Origin: Candidatus Gottesmanbacteria bacterium
GTDB lineage: Bacteria > Patescibacteriota > Microgenomatia > UBA10105 > UBA927
Assembly (NCBI GenBank): GCA_903821745.1
Contig: CAIJMI010000003.1
Coordinates: 22,690-86,689 of the forward strand
Direction of reading: 5' to 3'
Length of the DNA: 64,000 bases
The notes under the pieces: generated by a model
Told to the model about the DNA's origin: nothing
Databases searched by the model: none
Seen by the model: only the letters and a program-made list of their open reading frames with translations
Made by a program: the position numbers and the translations under genes
Shown: positions 10,705-19,799 of the stretch, piece by piece
Numbering within the stretch: position 1 is the stretch's first letter
Layout of the letters: every line of letters starts with the position of its first letter

Positions 10705-11073
10705 TTATACGGTACTTGTCACTGCTTTTTGAAGCACTTCAAGAGGAAGTACTGCACATTTCACCCGTGATACGGAAAGTTCGGTATTTAACAGAGAAAA
10801 AATATCAGCTGATGTCAACTTCAAAATCTCTTTTTTTGTTTTTCCTTTTACTAGATCCGTTAACATTGATGCCGACGCTTGACTTATAGCACATCCCTCC
10901 CCTGAAAATTGAATATCCGTGACAATATCTTTTTTATCAACCTGTATTTCCATCGTAATTTTATCTCCACACGCAGAATTAAACAGTGTGTGCGTTGCTG
11001 TAGGTTTTGAAAGATGCCCAAAATTATGAGGGTGTTTATAGTGATCTAGGATAAGTTCTCGATAGATATCCAT
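10705..11073 (-). CDS. sufU: SUF system NifU-like protein SufU
   Basis: YRELILDHY, NSACGD, GCAISQASAS, RVKCA. Confidence 0.92.
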   Translation of the reverse strand: MDIYRELILDHYKHPHNFGHLSKPTATHTLFNSACGDKITMEIQVDKKDIVTDIQFSGEGCAISQASASMLTDLVKGKTKKEILKLTSADIFSLLNTELSVSRVKCAVLPLEVLQKAVTSTV

Positions 11074-11075
11074 AT

Positions 11076-12305
11076 TTATTTAAACATTTTTTGTACTTTT
11101 TTAATGCCCAAAACGAGTGCATCAATGTCTTCTTTTGTCGTATAGATATAAAACGATGCCCGACAGGTTGCGCCTACACCTAAAAATTCATGAAGCGGCA
11201 TGGCACAATGATAGCCGACACGAATACAGATATTATCTTCATCCAAAATCTGAGCAACATCATGAGGATGGACTCCTTCCAGTCGAAATGCAATAACTCC
11301 TCCACGAATTTCCGGATTTTTTGGTCCATACATCGTTACTCCGGGTATGCTTAAAAGACGTTTCATTGCATACGACGTAATTTCCTTTTCATGACGACGG
11401 ACCTGATCCATACCAATTTTTTGTAAATATTCTACTGCTGCACCAAGACCGATGGCTCCTTCAATAAATGGCGTACCTGCTTCAAATTTATGAGGAAGAT
11501 CATTAAATAGCGTATCTTTCACATGTACTTCGCGAATCATATCGCCGCCGTATAAAAATGGAGGAAGGATATCAAGCAAAGCTTCTTTCATCCATAACAC
11601 ACCAATACCGCTCGGCCCCAACATTTTATGACCTGAAAACGTTATTGCATCAGCTCCCCATGCCACCACATCAACCGGTATATGTGGAACCGCCTGAGCT
11701 GCATCTGCAATAACCAAACAGTCTGGATTAATTCGTTTCACTGCTTTTACAATTTCAGAAATTGGCGTAATTGTTCCCAACACATTCGAAACAGCAGTAA
11801 ACGTAACAATTTTTGTTTTTCTATCAACTAATTTTTTAAGATCATGAATATTCAATGTTCCGTCTTTTTGGATATTCCATACCCTAAGCGTTCCACCGTA
11901 TTTGGTGACCAATTGTTGCCACGGAACAAAATTGGAATGGTGTTCCATAATAGTTGTCACAACCGAATCTCCTTTGGTGATACGGGATGGAAGCAGCGTA
12001 TAGGCTAATAGATTCAACGACTCTGACGTATTTTTTGTAAATACAATTTCTTTTTCTGACGGTGCGTTGATAAATTTGGCTATACGTTTTCTCGCATTTT
12101 CATAAGCTGCCGTTGCTTCCTCTGACATGGTATAAATACCACGAAAAACATTTGCGGTATATGTTGTGTAATATTTCGTCATTGCATCAATAACGTATTG
12201 TGGTTTAAGTGACGTTGCCGATGAATCAAGATAGACGATGGGTTTTCCATTGATGCGGCGTTTCAAAATCGGAAAATCTTTTCTGGTAGTTGAGATATTC
12301 ATCAT
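11076..12305 (-). CDS. sufS: Cysteine desulfurase SufS
   Basis: YLDSSAT, EHHSN, SGHKMLGP, EAGTP, RVGYHCA. Confidence 0.95.
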   Translation of the reverse strand: MMNISTTRKDFPILKRRINGKPIVYLDSSATSLKPQYVIDAMTKYYTTYTANVFRGIYTMSEEATAAYENARKRIAKFINAPSEKEIVFTKNTSESLNLLAYTLLPSRITKGDSVVTTIMEHHSNFVPWQQLVTKYGGTLRVWNIQKDGTLNIHDLKKLVDRKTKIVTFTAVSNVLGTITPISEIVKAVKRINPDCLVIADAAQAVPHIPVDVVAWGADAITFSGHKMLGPSGIGVLWMKEALLDILPPFLYGGDMIREVHVKDTLFNDLPHKFEAGTPFIEGAIGLGAAVEYLQKIGMDQVRRHEKEITSYAMKRLLSIPGVTMYGPKNPEIRGGVIAFRLEGVHPHDVAQILDEDNICIRVGYHCAMPLHEFLGVGATCRASFYIYTTKEDIDALVLGIKKVQKMFK

Positions 12306-12311
12306 ATATTT

Positions 12312-12914
12312 CTACGGTTCATTATATATCACTTCTTTTATGAATTTGTCCTGAACAACAGACATACTATCATGAATAAATCCTTCAACATAGAGTGCTT
12401 TTGCTTGCGTTTCAGAAATCCCGCGGGTTTTCATATACCACAATGTATCTTCAGGAATTGTTCCCGTTGTCACTCCGTGTGTACACCGAACATCGTTATT
12501 TAATATTTCAAGTATCGGGGACGTGGTAATTACTCCTCCAGAACCTGTCAAAAGATTAATATTTTTTTGGTAGGCATCGGATTTTTTCGCATCCTTTCCG
12601 ATGTGGACGTTTCCCTGAAATAAAAATGTGCTCGTGTCGCCAATAAATGTTTTCACTAACAAATCACTTTTTGTTCGTGCTCCCACATGCGTTTGATAGG
12701 TCATAAGAGAAATGGCAGCACCATTTTTTGGCAAAACCAAACAGCGAATATTAGCCGTTCCCCCATCTGCATTCATTACAATATTCACCTTGGCATCAAA
12801 CGACTGTTCGGAAACAATTGATATATCAATGTTTACTACTTCTTTTTTTACCATCATATAGGTAAATGATGAATCAGTAACGTTTAATATTTTAATAATG
12901 TGTTTTTCAATCAT
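12312..12914 (-). CDS. sufD: Fe-S assembly protein SufD (short form)
   Basis: PILEILNNDVRCTHG, YMKTRGI; position in the operon. Confidence 0.85.
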   Translation of the reverse strand: MIEKHIIKILNVTDSSFTYMMVKKEVVNIDISIVSEQSFDAKVNIVMNADGGTANIRCLVLPKNGAAISLMTYQTHVGARTKSDLLVKTFIGDTSTFLFQGNVHIGKDAKKSDAYQKNINLLTGSGGVITTSPILEILNNDVRCTHGVTTGTIPEDTLWYMKTRGISETQAKALYVEGFIHDSMSVVQDKFIKEVIYNEP

Positions 12915-12920
12915 ATGCGT

Positions 12921-14324
12921 TTATCCAACAGACCCCTGCATTTCCAAATCCATTAACCGATTAAGCTCCACCGCATATTCTAAAGGAAGTTCTTTCACGA
13001 TCGGTTCGATAAATCCGTTTACTATCATTGATGCAGCCTGATTTACAGAAATTCCACGACTTATTAAATAAAATAGTTGGTCGTCAGAAATTCTCGATAC
13101 GGACGCCTCATGCTCCATAACGCTTTGTGTTTCATGAATATCCATTTTTGGATATGTATCAGATCTTGATGCATCATCGACAATTAATGCATCACAGACT
13201 ACATTACTTCTTGAACCAGTTGCATTATGGGCAATATGGACCATTCCCCGATATGATGTCCGTCCCCCTCCGCTACTTATTGATTTTGAAATAATCCGTG
13301 ATGTGGTCTCAGGTGCCAAATGCAGCATTTTTCCTCCCGTATCCTGAATTTGTCCCTTTCCTGCATAAGCAATTGACAAGACTTCTCCATGCGCTTTTTT
13401 TCCCACAAGATAACAGGCAGGATATTTCATCGTTACTTTGCTTCCGATATTTCCATCTACCCATTCCATGATCCCTTCCTCTTCAACTCGAGCCCGTTTT
13501 GTTACTAAGTTAAACACGTTCGTACTCCAATTTTGCACGGTGGAATATCGGACCCGTGCACCTTTTTTTACAAAAATTTCAACAACGGCACTGTGAAGTG
13601 AATCGGTAGAATAAATTGGAGCAGTACATCCTTCAATGTAATGAACGAAACTTCCCTCATCGGCAATGATGAGCGTCCGCTCAAATTGCCCCATGTTTGC
13701 GGCATTAATTCGAAAATATGCCTGAAGCGGTAAGCCAACCGAAACATTCTTTGGCACATAAATAAATGACCCACCCGACCACACACTGCTATTTAACGCG
13801 GCAAATTTATTATCCCCAGGAAGAATAAGTTTTCCCATATATTGCTTGACGAGTTCCGGATATTTCCTGACCGCCGTGTCCATATCCGTAAATATGACTC
13901 CTTTTTCATGCAATGTCTTTTCAATACTTTTGTACACTACTTCTGATTCATACTGAGCAGAAACCCCGGAAAGAAACTTTTTTTCCATTTCAGGAATTCC
14001 GATTTTGTCATAGGTATCACGAATTGCATCAGGTAGCTCATTCCAACTTTCAGCCTGTGACTTAACCGGACGAAGATAATAAAATAAATTCTTAAATTGA
14101 ATATCAGCAAGGCTCGGTCCCCAGAATGGCATCTGTTTTTTCTGGTATATTCCAAAACTTTTTAAACGGAAATTTAACATCCACGCAGGTTCTCCTTTTT
14201 GCGCACTCATCTCGCGAATGACAGCTTCTGACAATCCCCTGCCTGATTTATATATATACTCATCAGGTTTATGAAATCCAAACGCATACGGAGCTGGAAT
14301 AAATGATTTCTTAGGTATTGCCAT
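12921..14324 (-). CDS. sufB: Fe-S assembly protein SufB
   Basis: AQYESE, WSGGSF, GQFERTL, YIEGCTAP, LPLEYAVE. Confidence 0.96.
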   Translation of the reverse strand: MAIPKKSFIPAPYAFGFHKPDEYIYKSGRGLSEAVIREMSAQKGEPAWMLNFRLKSFGIYQKKQMPFWGPSLADIQFKNLFYYLRPVKSQAESWNELPDAIRDTYDKIGIPEMEKKFLSGVSAQYESEVVYKSIEKTLHEKGVIFTDMDTAVRKYPELVKQYMGKLILPGDNKFAALNSSVWSGGSFIYVPKNVSVGLPLQAYFRINAANMGQFERTLIIADEGSFVHYIEGCTAPIYSTDSLHSAVVEIFVKKGARVRYSTVQNWSTNVFNLVTKRARVEEEGIMEWVDGNIGSKVTMKYPACYLVGKKAHGEVLSIAYAGKGQIQDTGGKMLHLAPETTSRIISKSISSGGGRTSYRGMVHIAHNATGSRSNVVCDALIVDDASRSDTYPKMDIHETQSVMEHEASVSRISDDQLFYLISRGISVNQAASMIVNGFIEPIVKELPLEYAVELNRLMDLEMQGSVG

Positions 14325-15108
14325 ATCCACTTTTTTCAATTTGTTTTGCAACTGCCGCTCCACCAGACTTAAAGATAATCCCGTTCTTTAAAACTGAAAC
14401 AACATCTGGATGCAAGTAGGAAAGCAGCCTCTGATAATGGGTAATAATGATGCATCCCGTACCATTTTTTTGAAGCAACTCAATTCCTGATGCCACAATT
14501 TTTAATGCATCTACATCCAGTCCGGTATCAATTTCATCGAATATTACAAATTTTGGCTGCAACACTAAGGCTTGCAGTACTTCAATTTTTTTTCGTTCTC
14601 CTCCTGAGAATCCTTCATGAATACTTCGTGTTAATAACATTGGATCAATATGAAGAAAGAGCGCATATTTTTTAATTGTTTCTAAAAGTTCAGAAAGCGA
14701 CATATCTGAAGATTTCCACCTGGCTGCAAGAACCGAATTATGTACGTGTATATCTCTTTTTTTGGTATCAGGATGCAGTTCCTGATATGCTGCGCGAAGA
14801 AGATTTGTCACACTTACACCAGATATAGCAATTGGCGATTGAAACGCAAGAAAAATACCGAGTTTTGCTCTATCTGACGTTTTCATTTTCGTTATATTCT
14901 TGCTTCCAAAATATAGGTTGCCTTTTACCGTATATTTCGTATTCCCCATTAAAACATTGGCAAGTGTAGATTTTCCGCTTCCGTTCGGCCCCATAATCAC
15001 ATACGTTTTTTTTGATTCAAACACCATGGAAATATCAGTAATGACATTTTTACCCGATGGAAGTGAAACGCTCAGATGCGAGACAGTAAATGATGGTTGT
15101 TTACTCAT
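14311..15108 (-). CDS. sufC: Fe-S assembly ATPase SufC
   Basis: GPNGSGKST, FSGGERKK, DEIDTGLD, ITHYQRLL. Confidence 0.95.
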   Translation of the reverse strand: MSKQPSFTVSHLSVSLPSGKNVITDISMVFESKKTYVIMGPNGSGKSTLANVLMGNTKYTVKGNLYFGSKNITKMKTSDRAKLGIFLAFQSPIAISGVSVTNLLRAAYQELHPDTKKRDIHVHNSVLAARWKSSDMSLSELLETIKKYALFLHIDPMLLTRSIHEGFSGGERKKIEVLQALVLQPKFVIFDEIDTGLDVDALKIVASGIELLQKNGTGCIIITHYQRLLSYLHPDVVSVLKNGIIFKSGGAAVAKQIEKSGYGNT

Positions 15109-15111
15109 AAT

Positions 15112-15513
15112 TCATCCTTTCTTGATAAGTTGATCAAGGGTGACGTTTTCACAGTAAGTTAAAAACGTATTTTCAATTTGCTGTTTGATCCGTGCGGGTA
15201 AACAATCCGGTTGTAACGGACATTGACGAACTCCCTTTCCTGGAGGAATGACGTCATTGGTTGAACCTGCAGCTTGAAGAATTTGAAGGATGGTAATATC
15301 CGTTGCCGGTTTTGCAAGCACATACCCTCCACCAATTCCTTCTTTACTCTCTACAATTGCCGCACTCCGTAACCCACGAATAAGCTTTTTTAGATATGCA
15401 TTGGATACCCCATGGGACTTGCCAATATCAACCAGGGTTAGGCGTTGTCTGTCATGTGCAGCAAGCTCTGCCGCGATCAGGATACTTAGTTCTTCACATC
15501 TGGTAAGTTTCAT
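15112..15513 (-). CDS. Rrf2-family transcriptional regulator
   Basis: MKLT start, wHTH with SKEGIGGGYVLAKP, CPLQPDC; first gene of the suf operon. Confidence 0.9.
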   Translation of the reverse strand: MKLTRCEELSILIAAELAAHDRQRLTLVDIGKSHGVSNAYLKKLIRGLRSAAIVESKEGIGGGYVLAKPATDITILQILQAAGSTNDVIPPGKGVRQCPLQPDCLPARIKQQIENTFLTYCENVTLDQLIKKG

Positions 15514-15539
15514 AACTGATACCAATATGGTATCAGTTA
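15513..15539. promoter_or_regulatory. Perfect 12-3-12 inverted repeat, probable Rrf2 operator overlapping an extended -10
   Basis: TAACTGATACCA-ATA-TGGTATCAGTTA abutting the Rrf2 ATG. Confidence 0.75.
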
Positions 15540-15557
15540 CTGAGGAAATTGCAAGAG

Positions 15558-16406
15558 TTAGAGCTCTTCAGAGACGCGGTCAGTTTTTCCCATGAATACT
15601 TCATGTATCCCCTGCATCCGCAAAATAAAGTGTTCTTGTTTATGTAATGGATGATTATCAAAGTTAATAAACTGATTGACTGCTTCAGTTTGCGTTTCAT
15701 GACAAAGCAGTGCTTTGCCTTTAGCAATTTTGGTGCCTTCAATATCAATGGAAGTCGTAATAAATTTGTCTTTCGTACCAAGCAGCGGTTTATCAAATGA
15801 TTCCTCGGGTATAATTTTCATCTTTTTGAGGTATGACGTCACGTGTTCCGGCATGCAAACAAAATATAATTTCGGTTCTTTGCTTTCCGGATCTCGTTCA
15901 CCAAACATTTGCATATGTGCTGCTTCCTTCCATACTTTCCCTCTTCCTGGACGGAATGTTTCCGGATGTTTCAGCTCTTCAATATGCTCAACGTATTTTT
16001 GAAACGCGAATGTCGTGGCAAAACATACTTTTATACAATCAGGATCATTATTCATCCCTGTCGTATCATGTGTAATCACAACATCAGGTAATTGTTCGAT
16101 CATTTTTTTATATATTGGATCTTCTATCGTTCCGGGAGACAGTGCTGTCAATTCTCCATCAGGCTGAGATAGATAGGACACGCTGCGAACGCCTAATATC
16201 TTTGCAGCTACCTCCAGTTCTTTCTTTCGAAGATCCGCAAGTGCTTGATCTTTTGCCCACACAAACTCTCCACTCTGGCCTTTTTCACCATTTGTGGCAA
16301 TAATTAATTCAATTTTCCATCCAAGCTCCGCATATTTAGCAATCGTTCCACCTGCCATAAATGACTCATCACTCGGATGCGCAAACACAACTAACATTGT
16401 TTTCAT
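15558..16406 (-). CDS. PIG-L/LmbE family deacetylase-like protein with degenerate metal motifs
   Basis: AHPSDE, ATNGEKG, LRKKEL, ALLCHETQ; the HPDH motif reads DPDC. Confidence 0.8.
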   Translation of the reverse strand: MKTMLVVFAHPSDESFMAGGTIAKYAELGWKIELIIATNGEKGQSGEFVWAKDQALADLRKKELEVAAKILGVRSVSYLSQPDGELTALSPGTIEDPIYKKMIEQLPDVVITHDTTGMNNDPDCIKVCFATTFAFQKYVEHIEELKHPETFRPGRGKVWKEAAHMQMFGERDPESKEPKLYFVCMPEHVTSYLKKMKIIPEESFDKPLLGTKDKFITTSIDIEGTKIAKGKALLCHETQTEAVNQFINFDNHPLHKQEHFILRMQGIHEVFMGKTDRVSEEL

Positions 16407-16423
16407 GATACAATTCTATCATG
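16404..16423. promoter_or_regulatory. Bidirectional overlapping extended -10 promoters between divergent start codons
   Basis: CATGATACAATTCTATCATG: TG-A-TACAAT-6 nt-ATG on +, TG-A-TAGAAT-6 nt-ATG on -. Confidence 0.65.
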
Positions 16424-17296
16424 AATGCTATACCTACCGCTTACGCAACCGACTGGATAGAATACGCTCTCCTCGATAGTGGGGACGGAGAAAAACTGGA
16501 AAACTTCGCCGGATACACCATCATTCGTCCGGACCCCCGTGCTATTTGGAAACCCCAACAGTCAAAAACTCTATGGAAACAGGCCGATGCCCGTTTTATT
16601 CGCACAGATAGCGATCATGGGGAATGGAATATCAAAAAACAACCGCCAATAAATTGGACCATAACGTATCATGACATGCACTTTGTCCTACACCCAACGG
16701 ATTTTAAACATGTTGGTATTTTCCCTGAACAAGCTGTGAACTGGTCATGGATGCAATCCATTATTTCTCCAAATTCTACCATTTTAAATCTTTTTGGATA
16801 CACAGGAGCGGCAACTGTTGCAGCCTGTAAAGCAGGAGCGCACGTTACGCATGTTGACAGCTCAAAGCCATCAATCACCTGGGCTCATGAAAATTGTGAA
16901 AAAAATGATATTGACATCAAGCAAACACGATGGATTGCAGAAGATGCCGTTAAATTTGTTATTCGGGAAACAAACCGTGGGAATACCTACGACGGCATTA
17001 TCCTTGATCCTCCACGATTTGGACGGGGTGCAAAAGGGGAAGTTTGGAAACTCGCGGACGATCTTCCGTATCTTCTTTCAAATCTAAAAAATATTTTATC
17101 CAAAAAACCATCATTTATTTTACTTAATGTATACACGGCAGACTTATCGAGTCTTGCATTATACAACTGCATGCATTCGGTTTTTTCATCTCTTGAGGGG
17201 ACATTAACATTTGGAGAACTGACAACAAAGGAAAAAAATACTGATCGATTATTGCCACAGGGGTCATTTGTCAGATGGCAAGCAAAGAAAAATTAA
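16421..17296 (+). CDS. Class I SAM-dependent methyltransferase (RlmI/RlmK-like)
   Basis: GIFPEQAVNW, LNLFGYTG, HVDSS, ILDPPRFGRG. Confidence 0.88.
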   Translation: MNAIPTAYATDWIEYALLDSGDGEKLENFAGYTIIRPDPRAIWKPQQSKTLWKQADARFIRTDSDHGEWNIKKQPPINWTITYHDMHFVLHPTDFKHVGIFPEQAVNWSWMQSIISPNSTILNLFGYTGAATVAACKAGAHVTHVDSSKPSITWAHENCEKNDIDIKQTRWIAEDAVKFVIRETNRGNTYDGIILDPPRFGRGAKGEVWKLADDLPYLLSNLKNILSKKPSFILLNVYTADLSSLALYNCMHSVFSSLEGTLTFGELTTKEKNTDRLLPQGSFVRWQAKKN

Positions 17297-17703
17297 AGCC
17301 ATTTATCCGCAAGATATGTAATGGTAACACCACCAAGAGCACCAATCATTGGTCCCCATAATACCTCAAGAATTGTTATCTCAAGTCCCCAATTATGAAT
17401 GAGTGCGTAATTAACCAGTCCATATACTGAAATAGCTAATATTCCACAAGCTGCACCGATCAAAGCACCCTGCAAAAGTTTTGGATGACCACCGGTTTTA
17501 TATAACACGAGAAACAAGGTTGTTGCGACAAGTAACAGTTGAGCGAGCAATCCTGGAATTAATTGAAGATCTAATTTGCCTCCAACCATTCGAGCAATGG
17601 GAGCAAACCATAGACTATATTGTTTTCCAAAAAGAATGAGATGCCAAAATGCGTCGACTGCACTTATTATGACAAAGGACAGAAGATATACAAGAAAAAG
17701 TAT
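17293..17703 (-). CDS. DUF2177-like membrane protein with an apparent ATA start
   Basis: Frame is open up to ATA at 17703, preceded by TAAGGAGG-7 nt; ILFLVYLLSFVIISAVDAFW...YGLVNYALIHNW...EVLWG. Confidence 0.65.
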   Translation of the reverse strand: MLFLVYLLSFVIISAVDAFWHLILFGKQYSLWFAPIARMVGGKLDLQLIPGLLAQLLLVATTLFLVLYKTGGHPKLLQGALIGAACGILAISVYGLVNYALIHNWGLEITILEVLWGPMIGALGGVTITYLADKWL

Positions 17704-17776
17704 AGTGCATCCTCCTTAAAAACCTTTCGAAATAGTATACCACAATCTTAATTTTCCGTGATATACTGGCCTTAAG

Positions 17777-18178
17777 ATGGATAAAACATCGCTTCTCGAT
17801 GCTCACACAATTGCCATAGTCGGGGTATCCGATGATGAGAACAGACCAAGTTTTGCAGTTGCCTCCTATCTTATTCATCATGGATATATCATTATTCCTG
17901 TCAACCCCAATCTTGCATCATTATTTGGTGAGAAATGCTACCCTTCAATAACAGCAATACCAAACCATATCCATTTGGACATTGTTGATATTTTCAGAAA
18001 GCCTGAATATATTCCAGATATCGTTGAGGAAGTACTGAAAAGAACCGAAAAGCCCATTATTTGGATGCAGGAAGGAATTATTTCTGAAGAAGCAAAGAAA
18101 TTGGCTGAATCTCATGAATTGCCCGTCACTATGGATGTTTGTATTATGAAGGAACATAAAAAGCTTATAGCTTCATAG
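17777..18178 (+). CDS. CoA-binding protein (YccU-like)
   Basis: IAIVGVS, IPVNP, DIVDIFR, WMQEG. Confidence 0.9.
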   Translation: MDKTSLLDAHTIAIVGVSDDENRPSFAVASYLIHHGYIIIPVNPNLASLFGEKCYPSITAIPNHIHLDIVDIFRKPEYIPDIVEEVLKRTEKPIIWMQEGIISEEAKKLAESHELPVTMDVCIMKEHKKLIAS

Positions 18179-18222
18179 CTATATTCAGAAAATTTTCAGA
18201 ATTCTGGTGGTATGATACATAT

Positions 18223-18609
18223 ATGAAAAAAGAACTAACAATATCCTTACTCATTACCATTTTCGTTCTTGTGGGTGCATTTCTTATGATCGCAAAATCA
18301 ACGACGCCATCTGTATCAACCGAAACCACGTCGACGCCCACACAAATGACGACATCTTCTACTTCCACAAATATTGTCACCTCAATTGATGTTCAAAAAC
18401 ACAACTCCATCTCTGATTGTTGGATAGTACTAAATAATAACGTTTATAATGTCACCTCATATATTGATCAACATCCAGGCGGTCTAACCATGGTTCCGTT
18501 TTGTGGAAAAGACGCAACGGAAGCATATAATACAATACGAGAGGGCAGCGGACATTCAAATAAAGCGACAAAACTCTTACAATCTTTTTATGTAGGCACT
18601 ACTCAATAA
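18223..18609 (+). CDS. Membrane-anchored cytochrome b5-like heme-binding protein
   Basis: N-terminal TM, S/T linker, HN..DCW, VYNVT, HPGG, GKDAT, GHS. Confidence 0.88.
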   Translation: MKKELTISLLITIFVLVGAFLMIAKSTTPSVSTETTSTPTQMTTSSTSTNIVTSIDVQKHNSISDCWIVLNNNVYNVTSYIDQHPGGLTMVPFCGKDATEAYNTIREGSGHSNKATKLLQSFYVGTTQ

Positions 18610-18615
18610 CGTTAT

Positions 18616-18885
18616 ATGAGAAACACACAATTATATCTGTTTTGTAAAAAAATTCATCGACTTCTCGTTATACTGATGATAGTTCTTGGAAGTATCATGG
18701 CTGGAACTGGTTATATGATGCATGAGGGCGTATACATCCTCGTATCAGCTATACAAATTCGATTCTTTCACAATAATTTAAGCATTCTTTTTTCCATTAT
18801 TCTTGGAATCATGTCTCTCACAGGACTATACCTGTTTCTCTTTCCTTATCTCAAAGTAAAAAGAGAACCGCCACTAAGTAATTGA
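18616..18885 (+). CDS. Small 2-TM protein with a duplicated His...TG helix (PepSY-TM-like)
   Basis: HRLLVILMIVLGSIMAGTG and HNNLSILFSIILGIMSLTG. Confidence 0.7.
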   Translation: MRNTQLYLFCKKIHRLLVILMIVLGSIMAGTGYMMHEGVYILVSAIQIRFFHNNLSILFSIILGIMSLTGLYLFLFPYLKVKREPPLSN

Positions 18886-19347
18886 AGAAATTGAATACGT
18901 AACTACCCCAGATGGAATTATCACCTCCACCGAATCTTTTTCTTTCTTTCCCATTAATGCCTTGCCAATAGGAGAAAAATATGAAATAGTATGTTGCTTT
19001 GGATCTGATTCATATCCCCCAACGATTGTATAGGTCATCTCTTTTTGCCCATCTGATATCGTAACAACGCTTCCAATATCAACAAATCCCATACGGCTCG
19101 ATTCGACAACTTTTCCAAAACGAATTAATCGTTCTAAATGTCTCAGTCTTGTATCAAGTGATGATAATTTCGCACGCGCAGCTTTGTAATATCCATTTTC
19201 AGACAGGTCTCCCATTTCACGGGCTTTTCTTAAATGTTCAACTGCTTCCGGTCGTTCATCGGTAAGCTTCTTTTTTTCATCGAGAAGCTGTTGATACCCG
19301 ATAGCTGTAAATGGAATGCGTTTTGGTTTAGGTGCAAAAACCTTCAT
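18874..19347 (-). CDS. GreA/GreB family elongation factor (second paralog)
   Basis: GDLSENGYY, ISYFSPIGKALMG. Confidence 0.92.
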   Translation of the reverse strand: MKVFAPKPKRIPFTAIGYQQLLDEKKKLTDERPEAVEHLRKAREMGDLSENGYYKAARAKLSSLDTRLRHLERLIRFGKVVESSRMGFVDIGSVVTISDGQKEMTYTIVGGYESDPKQHTISYFSPIGKALMGKKEKDSVEVIIPSGVVTYSISSIT

Positions 19348-19793
19348 GATAATGTTTTAATGTCAGCTAAAATCTGTCCAGCATGAATAAGTGGATTGAC
19401 ATTTTCATATATCTTCTTTATTGTCCCATCTGGTCCAATGATTGTTGTCGTTCGTTTCACTCCTTCAAATTCTCTGCCCATAAATTTCTTCATTCCCCAC
19501 GCATGGTACGCCTGAATGGTTTTCTTTGATTCATCGCTCAAAATCGGAAAATTAAGACGATACTTATCCGCAAATTTTTTATGAGAAGCAATAGCATCCT
19601 TTGAAACGCCAAGAATGATCACTCCTAGATTCTTAAAATCCGCGGAGCTATCCCGAAAACTACATGCTTCTTTCGTACAACCTGGTGTATTATCTTTTGG
19701 ATAAAAATAAAGGACGACCCACTTTCCTTTATAGTCAGAAAGCGAACGCATCCTACCTGTTTGATCAGGCAATCGAAAAGAAGGGGCTTGCAT
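19344..19793 (-). CDS. bcp: Peroxiredoxin Bcp
   Basis: FYPKDNTPGCTKEAC. Confidence 0.94.
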   Translation of the reverse strand: MQAPSFRLPDQTGRMRSLSDYKGKWVVLYFYPKDNTPGCTKEACSFRDSSADFKNLGVIILGVSKDAIASHKKFADKYRLNFPILSDESKKTIQAYHAWGMKKFMGREFEGVKRTTTIIGPDGTIKKIYENVNPLIHAGQILADIKTLS

Positions 19794-19799
19794 AATAAT

